A stretch of 64,000 bases of DNA from Auanema rhodensis (Eukaryota > Animalia > Nematoda): the NCBI GenBank assembly GCA_964057225.1, contig OZ059895.1, positions 9,920,001 through 9,984,000 on the forward strand, read 5' to 3'. The position numbers and the translations under genes are program-made. Below are positions 38,801 through 53,800 of the stretch, piece after piece; the stretch's first letter is position 1, and each line of letters opens with the position of its first letter. Under the pieces are notes generated by a model. It ran no database searches, was not told where the DNA came from, and saw nothing but the letters and a program-made list of their open reading frames with translations.

Positions 38801-41800
38801 AAATGTTTTCAATTTTCAAGCAGTTTTACTTAGATAGCTCAACCAAAGGAGAGCAAATTATCTTCAATCTTATTTCTATATTACAGTTATAAACCAGAGG
38901 TTATTGAACCTTCATCTTAACTTTACTGTTTCTATCTATTTCCTATCAAAACAAACATTGTTTAAACGCTATGCAACTATGAAACCTTTTTTAATTTATT
39001 GTATTTGGAGCTCATAAGATTTGATATCATTGAGGGATCCAGATGAAACGTGGAAAATTACATAACTAACATGAAATTGGAAAAAAAACTATAACAAGGA
39101 TAAGTAGGTAAACCATTGAATATCAGATATTTTTGCTTACGACTATACCACGTTAAAAGTACGCCATACAGCTGATTTTCAATTTTATCTCTTCCGTAAC
39201 AAATGTTTTCAATTTTCAAGCTCTTTTACTTGGATAGCTCAACCAAAGGAAAGCAAATTATCTTCAATTTTATTACTATATTACAGTTATAAACCAGTAG
39301 GTAATGAACCTTCATCTTGACTTTACTGTTTCCATCCATTTCCTTTTGAAACAAACATTGTTTAAACACTATACAACTGTGAAACCTTTTTTTATTTATT
39401 GTATTTGGAGCTCATAAAATTTGATATCATCGAGGGATCCAGATGGAAGGTGGAAAATTACATAACTAACATGAAATTGGAAAAAAAACTATAACGGGGA
39501 TAAGTATGTTAACGATTGAATGTCAGATATTTTCGCTTACGACCATATCACCTTGAAAGTACGCCATACAGCTGATTTTCAATTTTATCTCTTCCGTAAC
39601 AAATGTTTTCAATTTTCAAGCAGTTTTACTTAGATAGCTCAACCAAAGGAGAGCAAATTTTCTTCAATCTTATTTCTATATTACAGTTATAAACCAGTAG
39701 TTATTGAACCTTCATCTTAACTTTACTGTTTCTATCTATTTCCTATCAAAACAAACATTATTTAAACATTATGCAACTATGAAACTATTTTTATATATTG
39801 TATTTAGAGCTCATAAGATTTAATATCATCGAGGGATCCAAATGGAACGTGGAAAATTACATAACTAACAAGAAATTGGAAAAAAAACTATAACGAGGAT
39901 AAGTAGGTAAACCATTGAATATCAGATATTTTGGCTTACGACCATACCACGTTAAAAGTACGCCATACAGCTGATTTTCAATTTTATCTCTTCCGTAATA
40001 AATGTTTTCAATTTTCAAGCAGTTTAATTTAGATAGCTCAACCAAAGAAGAGCAAAATATCTTCAATCTTATTTCCATATTACAGTCATAAACCAGTAGG
40101 TAATAAAACTTCATCTTGAATTTACTGTTTCTATCTATTTCCTATCGAAACAAACATTGTTTAAACACTATACAACTGTAAAACCTTTTTTAATTTATTG
40201 TATTTGAAGCTCATAAGATTTGATATCATCGAGGGATCCAGATGGAAGGTGGAAAATTACATAACTAACATGAAATTGGAAAAAAAACTATAACGGGGAT
40301 AAGTATGTTAACGATTGAATATCAGATATTTTCGCTTACGACCATACCACCTTGAAAGTACGCCATACAGCTGATTTTCAATTTTATCTCTTCCGTAACA
40401 AATGTTTTCAATTTTCAAGCAGTTTTACTTAGATAGCTCAACCAAAGGAGAGCAAATTATCTTCAATCTTATTTCTATATTACAGTTATAAACCAGTAGT
40501 TATTGAACCTTCATCTTAACTTTACTGTTTCTATCTATTTCCAATCAAAACAAACATTGTTTAAACACTATACAACTGTAAAACCTTTTTTAATTTATTG
40601 TATTTGAAGCTCATAAGATTTGATATCATCGAGGGATCCAGATGGAAGGTGGAAAATTACATAACTAACATGAAATTGGAGAAAAACCATAACGAGGTTA
40701 AGTAGGTAAACCATTGAATATCAGAAATTTTCTCTTACGACCATACCACGTTGAAAGTACGCCATGCAACTGATTTTCAATTTTATCTTTTCCGTAACAA
40801 ATGTTTTCAATTTTCAAGCACTTTTACTTAGATAGCTCAACCAAAGCAAAGCAAATTATCTTTAATTTTATTTCTATATTACAGTTATAAACCAGTAGTT
40901 AATGAAAATTCATCTTGAATTTACTGTTTCTATCTATTTCCTATCAAAACAAACATTGTTTAAACACTATGCAACTATGAAACCTTTCTTAATTTATTGT
41001 ATTTGGAGCTCATAAGATTTGATATCATTGAGGGATACATATGAAACGTGGAAAATTACATAACTAACATGAAATTAGAAAAAAAACTATAACGGGGATG
41101 AGTATGTTAACCATTGAATATCAGATATTTTCGCTTACGACCATACCACGTTGAAAGTACGCCATACAGCTGATTTTCAATTTTATCTTTTCCGTAACAA
41201 ATGTTTTCAATTTTCAAGCACTTTTACTTAGATAGCTCAACCAAAGCAAAGCAAATTATCTTCAATTTTATTTCTATATTACAGTTATAAACCAGTAGTT
41301 AATGAAAATTCATCTTGAATTTACTGTTTCTATCTATTTCCTATCAAAACAAACATTATTTAAACATTATGCAACTATGAAACCTTTTTTAATTTATTGT
41401 ATTTAGAGCTCATAAGATTTAATATCATCGAGGGATCCAAATGGAACGTGGAAAATTACATAACTAACATGAAATTGGAAAAAAACCATAACGAGGTTAA
41501 GTAGGTAAACCATTGAATATCAGATATTTTCTCTTACGACCATACCACGTTGAAAGTACGCCATGCAACTGATTTTCAATTTTATCTTTTCCGTAACAAA
41601 TGTTTTCAATTTTCAAGCACTTTTACTTAGATAGCTCAACCAAAGCAAAGCAAATTATCTTCAATTTTATTTCTATATTACAGTTATAAACCAGTAGTTA
41701 ATGAAAATTCATCTTGAATTTACTGTTTCTATCTATTTCCTATCAAAACAAACATTATTTAAACATTATGCAACTATGAAACCTTTTTTAATTTATTGTA

Positions 41801-44800
41801 TTTAGAGCTCATAAGATTTAATATCATCGAGGAATCCAGATGAAACGTAAAAAATTACATAACTAACATGAAATTGGAAAAAAACCATAACGAGGTTAAG
41901 TAGGTAAACCATTGAATATCAGATATTTTCTCTTACGACCATACCACGTTGAAAGTACGCCATGCAACTGATTTTCAATTTTATCTTTTCCGTAACAAAT
42001 GTTTTCAATTTTCAAGCACTTTCACTTAGATAGCTCAACCAAAGCAAAGCAAATTATCTTCAATTTTATTTCTATATTACAGTTATAAACCAGTAGTTAA
42101 TGAAAATTCATCTAGAATTTACTGTTTCTATCTATTTCCTATCAAAACAAACATTGTTTAAACACTATACAACTGTAAAACTTTTTTAATTTATTGTATT
42201 TGAAGCTCATAAGATTTGATATCATCGAGGGATCCAGATGGAACGTGGAAAATTACATAACTAACATGAAATTGGAAAAAAACCATAACGAGGTTAAGTA
42301 GGTAAACCATTGAATATCAGAAATTTTCTCTTACGACCATACCACGTTGAAAGTACGCCATGCAACTGATTTTCAATTTTATCTTTTCCGTAACAAATGT
42401 TTTCAATTTTCAAGCACTTTTACTTAGATAGCTCAACCAAAGCAAAGCAAATTATCTTTAATTTTATTTCTATATTACAGTTATAAACCAGTAGTTAATG
42501 AAAATTCATCTTGAATTTACTGTTTCTATCTATTTCCTATCAAAACAAACATTGTTTAAACACTATGCAACTATGAAACCTTTCTTAATTTATTGTATTT
42601 GGAGCTCATAAGATTTGATATCATTGAGGGATACAGATGAAACGTGGAAAATTACATAACTAACATGAAATTAGAAAAAAAACTATAACGGGGATGAGTA
42701 TGTTAACCATTGAATATCAGATATTTTCGCTTACGACCATACCACGTTGAAAGTACGCCATACAGCTGATTTTCAATTTTATCTCTTCCGTAACAAATGT
42801 TTTCAATTTTCAAGCAGTTTTACTTAGATAGCTCAACCAAAGGAGAGCAAATTATCTTCAATCTTTTTTTTATATTACAGTTATAAACCAGTAGTTATTG
42901 AACCTTCATCTTAACTTTCCTGTTTCTATCTATTTCCTATCAAAACAAACAGTGTTTAAACACTATGCAACTATGAAACCTTTTTTAATTTATTGTATTT
43001 GGAGCTCATAAGAATTGATATCATTGAGGGCTCCAGATGAAACGTGGAAAATTACATAACTAACATGAAATTGGAGAAAAAACTATAACAAGGATAAGCA
43101 GGTAAACCATTGAATATCAGATATTTTCGCTAACGACTATACCACGTTAAAAGTACGCCATACAGCTGATTTTCAATTTTATCTCTTCCGTAACAAATGT
43201 TTTCAATTTTCAAGCAATTTTACTTGGATAGCTCAACCAAAGGAAAGCAAATTATCTTCAATTTTATTTCTATATTACAGTTATAAACCAGTAGGTATTG
43301 AACCTTCATCTTGACTTTACTGTTTCTATCTATTTCCTATCAAAACAAACATTATTTAAACATTATGCAACTATGAAACCTTTTTTAATTTATTGTATTT
43401 AGAGCTCAAAAGATTTAATATCATCGAGGGATCCAAATGGAACGTGGAAAATTACATAACTAACATGAAATTGGAAAAAAAACTATAACGAGGATAAGTA
43501 GGTAAACCATCGAATATCAGATATTTTGGCTTACGACCATACCACGTTAAAAGTACGCCATACAGCTGATTTTCAATTTTATCTCTTCCGTAATAAATGT
43601 TTTCAATTTTCAAGCAGTTTAATTTAGATAGCTCAACCAAAGAAGAGCAAAATATCTTCAATCTTATTTCCATATTACAGTCATAAACCAGTAGGTAATA
43701 AAACTTCATCTTGAATTTACTGTTTCTATCTATTTCCTATCGAAACAAACATTGTTTAAACACTATACAACTGTAAAACCTTTTTTAATTTATTGTTTTT
43801 GAAGCTCATAAGATTTGATATCATCGAGGGATCCAGATGGAAGGTGGAAAATTACATAACTAACATGAAATTGGAAAAAAAACTATAACGGGGATAAGTA
43901 TGTTAACGATTGAATATCAGATATTTTCGCTTACGACCATACCACCTTGAAAGTACGCCATACAGCTGATTTTTAATTTTATCTCTTCCGTAACAAATGT
44001 TTTCATTTTTCAAGCAGTTTCACTTAGATAGCTCAACCAAAGGAGAGCAAATTATCTTCAATCTTATTTCTATATTACAGTTATAAACCAGTAGTTAATG
44101 AAAATTCATCTTGAATTTACTGTTTCTATCTATTTCCTATCAAAACAAACATTGTTTAAACACTATACAACTGTAAAACCTTTTTTAATTTATTGTATTT
44201 GAAGCTCATAAGATTTGATATCATCGAGGGATCCAGATGGAACGTGGAAAATTACATAACTAACATGAAATTGGAAAAAACCATAACGAGGATGAGTATG
44301 TTAACCATTGAATATCAGATATTTTCGCTTACGACCATACCACGTTGAAAGTACGCCATACAGCTGATTTTCAATTTTATCTCTTCCGTAACAAATGTTT
44401 TCAATTTTCAAGCAGTTTTACTTAGATAGCTCAACCAAAGGAGAGCAAATTATCTTCAATCTTTTTTTTATATTACAGTTATAAAACAGTAGTTATTGAA
44501 CCTTCATCTTAACTTTCCTGTTTCTATCTATTTCCTATCAAAACAAACAGTGTTTAAACACTATGCAACTATAAAACCTTTTTTAATTTATTGTATTTGG
44601 AGCTCATAAGAATTGATATCATTGAGGGATCCAGATGAAACGTGGAAAATTACATAACTAACATGAAATTGGAGAAAAAACTATAACAAAGATAAGCAGG
44701 TAAACCATTGAATATCAGATATTTTCGCTCACGACTATACCACGTTAAAAGTACGCCATACAGCTGATTTTCAATTTTATCTCTTCCGTAACAAATGTTT

Positions 44801-47800
44801 TTAATTTTCAAGCACTTTTACTTGGATAGCTCAACCAAAGGAAAGCAAATTATCTTCAATTTTATTTCTATATTACAGTTGTAAACCAGTAGGTAATGAA
44901 CCTTCATCTTGACTTTACTGTTTCTATTCATTTCCTTTCGAAACAAACATTGTTTAAACACTATACTACTGTGAAACCTTTTTATATTTATTGTATTTGG
45001 AGCTCATAAAATTTGATATCATCGAGGGATCCAGATGGAAGGTGGAAAATTACATAACTGACATGAAATTGGAAAAAAAACTATAACGGGGATAAGTATG
45101 TTAACGATTGAATATCAGATATTTTCGCTTACGACCATACCACCTTGAAAGTACGCCATACAGCTGATTTTCAATTTTATCTCTTCCGTAACAAATGTTT
45201 TCAATTTTCAAGCAGTTTTACTTAGATAGCTCAACCAAAGGAGAGCAAATTATCTTCAATCTTATTTCTATATTAAAGTTATAAACCAGTAGTTATTGAA
45301 CCTTCATCTTAACTTTACTGTTTCTATCTATTTCCTATCAAAACAAACATTATTTAAACATTATACAACTATGAAACCTTTTTTAATTTATTGTATTTGG
45401 AGCTCATAAGATTTGATATCATCGAGGGATCCAAATGGAACGTGGAAAATTACATAACTAACATGAAATTGGAAAAAAAACTATAGCGGGGATAAGTATG
45501 TTAACGATTGAATATCAGATATTTTCGCTTACGACTATACCACGTTAAAAGTACGCCATACAGCTGATTTTCAGATTTATCTCTTCCGTAACAAATGTTT
45601 TCAATTTTCAAGCACTTTTACTTGGATAGCTCAACCAAAGGAAAGCAAATTATCTTCAATTTTATTTCTATATTACAGTTATAAACCAGTAGGTAATGAA
45701 CCTTCATCTTGACTTTACTGTTTCCATCCATTTCCTTTCGAAACAAACATTGTTTAAACACTATACAACTGTGAAACCTTTTTTTATTTATTGTATTTGG
45801 AGCTCATAAAATTTGATATCATCGAGGGATCCAGATGGAAGGTGGAAAATTACATAACTAACATGAAATTGGAAAAAAAACTATAACGGGGATGAGTATG
45901 TTAACGATTGAATATCAGATATTTTCGCTTACGACCATATCACCTTGAAAGTATGCCATACAGCTGATTTTCAATTTTTTCTCTTCCGTAACAAATGTTC
46001 TCAATTTTCAAGCAGTTTTACTTAGATAGCTCAACCAAAGGAGAGCAAATTATCTTCAATCTTATTTCTATATTAAAGTTATAAACCAGTAGTTATTGAA
46101 CCTTCATCTTAACTTTACTGTTTCCATCTATTTCCTATCAAAACAAACATTGTTTAAACACTATGCAACTATGAAACCTTTCTTAATTTATTGTATTTGG
46201 AGCTCATAAGGTTTGATATCATTGAGGGATACAGATGAAACGTGGAAAATTACATAACAACATGAAATTAGAAAAAAAACTATAACGGGGATGAGTATGT
46301 TAACCATTGAATATCAGATATTTTCGCTTACGACCATACCACGTTGAAAGTACGCCATACAGCTGATTTTCAATTTTATCTCTTCCGTAACAAATGTTTT
46401 CAATTTTCAAGCAGTTTAATTTAGATAGCTCAACCAAAGAAGTGCAAAATATCTTCAATCTTATTTCCATATTACAGTCATAAACCAGTAGGTAATAAAA
46501 CTTCATCTTGAATTTACTGTTTCTATCTATTTCCTATCGAAACAAACATTGTTTAAACACTATACAACTGTAAAACCTTTTTTAATTTATTGTATTTGAA
46601 GCTCATAAGATTTGATATCATCGAGGGATCCAGATGGAAGGTGGAAAATTACATAACTAACATGAAATTGGAAAAAAACCATAACGAGGATAAGTAGGTA
46701 AACCATTGAATATCAGATATTTTCTCTTACGACCATACCACGTTGAAAGTACGCCATGCAACTGATTTTCAATTTTATCTTTTCCGTAACAAATGTTTTC
46801 AATTTTCAAGCACTTTTACTTAGATAGCTCAACCAAAGCAAAGCAAATTATCTTCAATTTTATTTCTATATTACAGTTATAAACCAGTAGGTAATGAACC
46901 TTCATCTTGACTTTACTGTTTCCATCCATTTCCTTTCGAAACAAACATTGTTTAAACACTATACAACTGTGAAACCTTTTTTTATTTATTGTATTTGGAG
47001 CTCATAAAATTTGATATCATCGAGGGATCCAGATGGAAGGTGGAAAATTACATAACTAACATGAAATTGGAAAAAAAACTATAACGGGGATAAGTATGTT
47101 AACGATTGAATATCAGATATTTTCGCTTACGACCATATCACCTTGAAAGTACGCCATACAGCTGATTTTCAATTTTATCTCTTCCGTAACAAATGTTTTC
47201 AATTTTCAAGCAGTTTTACTTAGATAGCTCAACCAAAGGAGAGCAAATTATCTTCAATCTTATTTCTATATTAAAGTTATAAACCAGTAGTTATTGAACC
47301 TTCATCTTAACTTTACTGTTTCTATCTATTTCCTATCAAAACAAACATTATTTAAACATTATACAACTATGAAACCTTTTTTAATTTATTGTATTTGGAG
47401 CTCATAAGATTTGATATCATCGAGGGATCCAAATGGAACGTGGAAAATTACATAACTAACATGAAATTGGAAAAAAAACTATAACGGGGATAAGTATGTT
47501 AACGATTGAATATCAGATATTTTCGCTTACGACTATACCACGTTAAAAGTACGCCATACAGCTGATTTTCAGATTTATCTCTTCCGTAACAAATGTTTTC
47601 AATTTTCAAGCACTTTTACTTGGATAGCTCAACCAAAGGAAAGCAAATTATCTTCAATTTTATTTCTATATTACAGTTATAAACCAGTAGTTATTGAACC
47701 TTCATCTTAACTTTACTGTTTCCATCTATTTCCTATCAAAACAAACATTATTTAAACATTATGCAACTATGAAACCTTTTTTAATTTATTGTATTTAGAG

Positions 47801-50800
47801 CTCATAAGATTTAATATCATCGAGGGATCCAAATGGAACGTGGAAAATTACATAACTAACATGAAATTGGAAAAAAAACTATAACGAGGATAAGTAGGTA
47901 AACCATTGAATATCAGATATTTTGGCTTACGACCATACCACGTTAAAAGTACGCCATACAGCTGATTTTCAATTTTATCTCTTCCGTAACAAATGTTTTC
48001 AATTTTCAAGCAGTTTAATTTAGATAGCTCAACCAAAGAAGTGCAAAATATCTTCAATCTTATTTCCATATTACAGTCATAAACCAGTAGGTAATAAAAC
48101 TTCATCTTGAATTTACTGTTTCTATCTATTTCCTATCGAAACAAACATTGTTTAAACACTATACAACTGTAAAACCTTTTTTAATTTATTGTATTTGAAG
48201 CTCATAAGATTTGATATCATCGAGGGATCCAGATGGAAGGTGGAAAATTACATAACTAACATGAAATTGGAAAAAAAACTATAACGAGGATAAGTAGGTA
48301 AACCATTGAATATCAGATATTTTCTCTTACGACCATACCACGTTGAAAGTACGCCATGCAACTGATTTTCAATTTTATCTCTTCCGTAACAAATGTTTTC
48401 AATTTTCAAGCAGTTTTACTTAGATAGCTTAACCAAAGGAGAGCAAATTATCTTCAATCTTTTTTTTATATTACAGTTATAAACCAGTAGTTATTAAACC
48501 TTCATCTTAACTTTCCTGTTTCTATCTATTTCCTATCAAAACAAACATTATTAAAACATTATGCAACTATGAAACCTTTTTTAATTTATTGTATTTGAAG
48601 CTCATAAGAATTGATATCATTGAGGGATCCAGATGAAACGTGGAAAATTACATAACTAAAATGAAATTGGAGAAAAAACTATAACAAGGATAAGTAGGTA
48701 AACCATTGAATATCAGATATTTTCGCTTACGACTATACCACGTTAAAAGTACGCGATACAGCTGATTTTCAAATTTATCTCTTCCGTAACAAATGTTTTC
48801 AATTTTCAAGCACTTTTACTTGGATAGCTCAACCAAAGGAAAGCAAATTATCTTCAATTTTATTTCTATATTACAGTTATAAACCAGTAGGTAATGAAAA
48901 TTCATCTTGAATTTACTGTTTCTATCTATTTCCTATGAAAACAAACATTGTTTAAACACTATGCAACTATGAAACCTTTCTTAATTTATTGTATTTGGAG
49001 CTCATAAGATTTGATATCATTGAGGGATACAGATGAAACGTGGAAAATTACATAACTAACATGAAATTAGAAAAAAAAACTATAACGGGGATGAGTATGT
49101 TAACCATTGAATATCAGATATTTTCGCTTACGACCATACCACGTTGAAAGTACGCCATACAGCTGATTTTCAATTTTATCTCTTCCGTAACAAATGTTTT
49201 CAATTTTCAAGCAGTTTTACTTAGATAGCTCAACCAAAGGAGAGCAAATTATCTTCAATCTTTTTTTTATATTACAGTTATAAACCAGTAGTTATTAAAC
49301 CTTCATCTTAACTTTCCTGTTTCTATCTATTTCCTATCAAAACAAACATTATTTAAACATTATGCAACTATGAAACCTTTTTTAATTTATTGTATTTGAA
49401 GCTCATAAGAATTGATATTATTGAGGGATCCAGATGAAACGTGGAAAATTACATAACTAAAATGAAATTGGAGAAAAAACTATAACAAGGATAAGTAGGT
49501 AAACCATTGAATATCAGATAATTTCGCTTACGACTATACCACGTTAAAAGTACGCCATACAGCTGATTTTCAAATTTATCTCTTCCGTAACAAATGTTTT
49601 CAATTTTCAAGCACTTTTACTTGGATAGCTCAACCAAAGGAAAGCAAATTATCTTCAATTTTATTTCTATATTACAGTTATAAACCAGTAGGTAATGAAC
49701 CTTTATCTTGACTTTACTGTTTCTATCCATTTCCTTTCGAAACAAACATTGTTTAAACACTATACTACTGTGAAACCTTTTTTTATTTATTGTATTTGGA
49801 GCTCATAAAATTTGATATCATCGAGGGATCCAGATGGAACGTGGAAAATTACATAACTAACATGAAATTGGAAAAAAAACTATAACGAGGATAAGTAGGT
49901 AAACCATCGAATATCAGATATTTTGGCTTACGACCATACCACGTTAAAAGTACGCCATACAGCTGATTTTCAATTTTATCTCTTCCGTAATAAATGTTTT
50001 CAATTTTCAAGCAGTTTAATTTAGATAGCTCAACCAAAGAAGAGCAAAATATCTTCAATCTTATTTCCATATTACAGTCATAAACCAGTAGGTAATAAAA
50101 CTTTATCTTGAATTTACTGTTTCTATCTATTTCCTATCAAAACAAACATTGTTTAAACACTATACAACTGTGAAACCTTTTTTAATTTATTGTATTTGAA
50201 GCTCATAAGATTTGATATCATCGAGGGATCCAGATGGAAGGTGGAAAATTACATAACTAACATGAAATTGGAAAAAAAACTATAACGGGGATAAGTATGT
50301 TAACGATTGAATATCAGATATTTTCGCATACGACCATACCACCTTGAAAGTACGCCATACAGCTGATTTTTAATTTTATCTCTTCCGTAACAAATGTTTT
50401 CAATTTTCAAGCACTTTTACTTAGATAGCTCAACCAAAGCAAAGCAAATTATCTTCAATTTTATTTCTATATTACAGTTATAAACCAGTAGTTAATGAAA
50501 ATTCATCTTGAATTTACTGTTCCTATCTATTTCCTATCAAAACAAACATTGTTTAAACACTATGCAACTATGAAACCTTTCTTAATTTATTGTATTTGGA
50601 GCTCATAAGGTTTGATATCATTGAGGGATACAGATGAAACGTGGAAAATTACATAACAACATGAAATTAGAAAAAAAACTATAACGGGGATGAGTATGTT
50701 AACCATTGAATATCAGATATTTTCGCTTACGACCATACCACGTTGAAAGTACGCCATACAGCTGATTTTCAATTTTATCTCTTCCGTAACAAATGTTTTC

Positions 50801-53800
50801 AATTTTCAAGCAGTTTTACTTAGATAGCTCAACCAAAGGAGAGCAAATTATCTTCAATCTTTTTTTTATATTACAGTTATAAAACAGAAGTTATTGAACC
50901 TTCATCTTAACTTTCCTGTTTCTATCTATTTCCTATCAAAATAAACAGTGTTTAAACACTATGCAACTATAAAACCTTTTTTAATTTATTGTATTTGGAG
51001 CTCATAAGAATTGATATCATTGAGGGATCCAGATGAAACGTGGAAAATTACATAACTAACATGAAATTGGAGAAAAAACTATAACAAAGATAAGCAGGTA
51101 AACCATTGAATATCAGATATTTTCGCTCACGACTATACCACGTTAAAAGTACGCCATACAGCTGATTTTCAATTTTATCTCTTCCGTAACAAATGTTTTT
51201 AATTTTCAAGCACTTTTACTTGGATAGCTCAAAAAAAGGAAAGCAAATTATCTTCAATTTTATTTCTATATTACAGTTGTAAACCAGTAGGTAATGAACC
51301 TTCATCTTGACTTTACTGTTTCTATTCATTTCCTTTCGAAACAAACATTGTTTAAACACTATACTACTGTGAAACCTTTTTATATTTATTGTATTTGGAG
51401 CTCATAAAATTTGATATCATCGAGGGATCCAGATGGAAGGTGGAAAATTACATAACTAACATGAAATTGGAAAAAAAACTATAACGGGGATAAGTATGTT
51501 AACGATTGAATATCAGATATTTTCGCTTACGACCATACCACGTTAAAAGTACGCCATACAGCTGATTTTCAATTTTATCTCTTCCGTAACAAATGTTTTT
51601 AATTTTCAAGCACTTTTACTTGGATAGCTCAAAAAAAGGAAAGCAAATTATCTTCAATCTTATTTCTATATTAAAGTTATAAACCAGTAGTTATTGAACC
51701 TTCATCTTAACTTTACTGTTTCTATCTATTTCCTATCAAAACAAACATTATTTAAACATTATACAACTATGAAACCTTTTTTAATTTATTGTATTTGGAG
51801 CTCATAAGATTTGATATCATCGAGGGATCCAAATGGAACGTGGAAAATTACATAACTAACATGAAATTGGAAAAAAAACTATAACGGGGATAAGTATGTT
51901 AACGATTGAATATCAGATATTTTCGCTTACGACTATACCACGTTAAAAGTACGCCATACAGCTGATTTTCAGATTTATCTCTTCCGTAACAAATGTTTTC
52001 AATTTTCAAGCACTTTTACTTGGATAGCTCAACCAAAGGAAAGCAAATTATCTTCAATTTTATTTCTATATTACAGTTATAAACCAGTAGGTAATGAACC
52101 TTCATCTTGACTTTACTGTTTCCATCCATTTCCTTTCAAAACAAACATTGTTTAAACACTATACAACTGTGAAACCTTTTTTTATTTATTGTATTTGGAG
52201 CTCATAAAATTTGATATCATCGAGGGATCCAGATGGAAGGTGGAAAATTACATAACTAACATGAAATTGGAAAAAAAACTATAACGGGGATAAGTATGTT
52301 AACGATTGAATATCAGATATTTTCGCTTACGACCATATCACCTTGAAAGTACGCCATACAGCTGATTTTCAATTTTTTCTCTTCCGTAACAAATGTTCTC
52401 AATTTTCAAGCAGTTTTACTTAGATAGCTCAACCAAAGGAGAGCAAATTATCTTCAATCTTATTTCTATATTAAAGTTATAAACCAGTAGTTATTGAACC
52501 TTCATCTTAACTTTACTGTTTCCATCTATTTCCTATCAAAACAAACATTATTTAAACATTATGCAACTATGAAACCTTTTTTAATTTATTGTATTTAGAG
52601 CTCATAAGATTTAATATCATCGAGGGATCCAAATGGAACGTGGAAAATTACATAACTAACATGAAATTGGAAAAAAACTATAACGAGGATAAGTAGGTAA
52701 ACCATTGAATATCAGATATTTTGGCTTACGACCATACCACGTTAAAAGTACGCCATACAGCTGATTTTCAATTTTATCTCTTCCGTAACAAATGTTTTCA
52801 ATTTTCAAGCAGTTTAATTTAGATAGCTCAACCAAAGAAGTGCAAAATATCTTCAATCTTATTTCCATATTACAGTCATAAACCAGTAGGTAATAAAACT
52901 TCATCTTGAATTTACTGTTTCTATCTATTTCCTATCAAAACAAACATTGTTTAAACACTATACAACTGTAAAACCTTTTTTAATTTATTGTATTTGAAGC
53001 TCATAAGATTTGATATCATCGAGGGATCCAGATGGAAGGTGGAAAATTACATAACTAACATGAAATTGGAAAAAAACCATAACGAGAATAAGTAGGTAAA
53101 CCATTGAATATCAGATATTTTCTCTTACGACCATACCACGTTGAAAGTACGCCATGCAACTGATTTTCAATTTTATCTTTTCCGTAACAAATGTTTTCAA
53201 TTTTCAAGCACTTTTACTTAGATAGCTCAACCAAAGCAAAGCAAATTATCTTCAATTTTATTTCTATATTACAGTTATAAACCAGTAGGTAATGAACCTT
53301 CATCTTGACTTTACTGTTTCCATCCATTTCCTTTCGAAACAAACATTGTTTAAACACTATACAACTGTGAAACCTTTTTTTATTTATTGTATTTGGAGCT
53401 CATAAAATTTGATATCATCGAGGGATCCAGATGGAAGGTGGAAAATTACATAACTAACATGAAATTGGAAAAAAAACTATAACGGGGATAAGTATGTTAA
53501 CGATTGAATATCAGATATTTTCGCTTACGACCATATCACCTTGAAAGTACGCCATACAGCTGATTTTCAATTTTATCTCTTCCGTAACAAATGTTCTCAA
53601 TTTTCAAGCAGTTTTACTTAGATAGCTCAACCAAAGGAGAGCAAATTATCTTCAATCTTATTTCTATATTAAAGTTATAAACCAGTAGTTATTGAACCTT
53701 CATCTTAACTTTACTGTTTCCATCCATTTCCTTTCGAAACAAACATTGTTTAAACACTATACAACTGTGAAACCTTTTTTTATTTATTGTATTTGGAGCT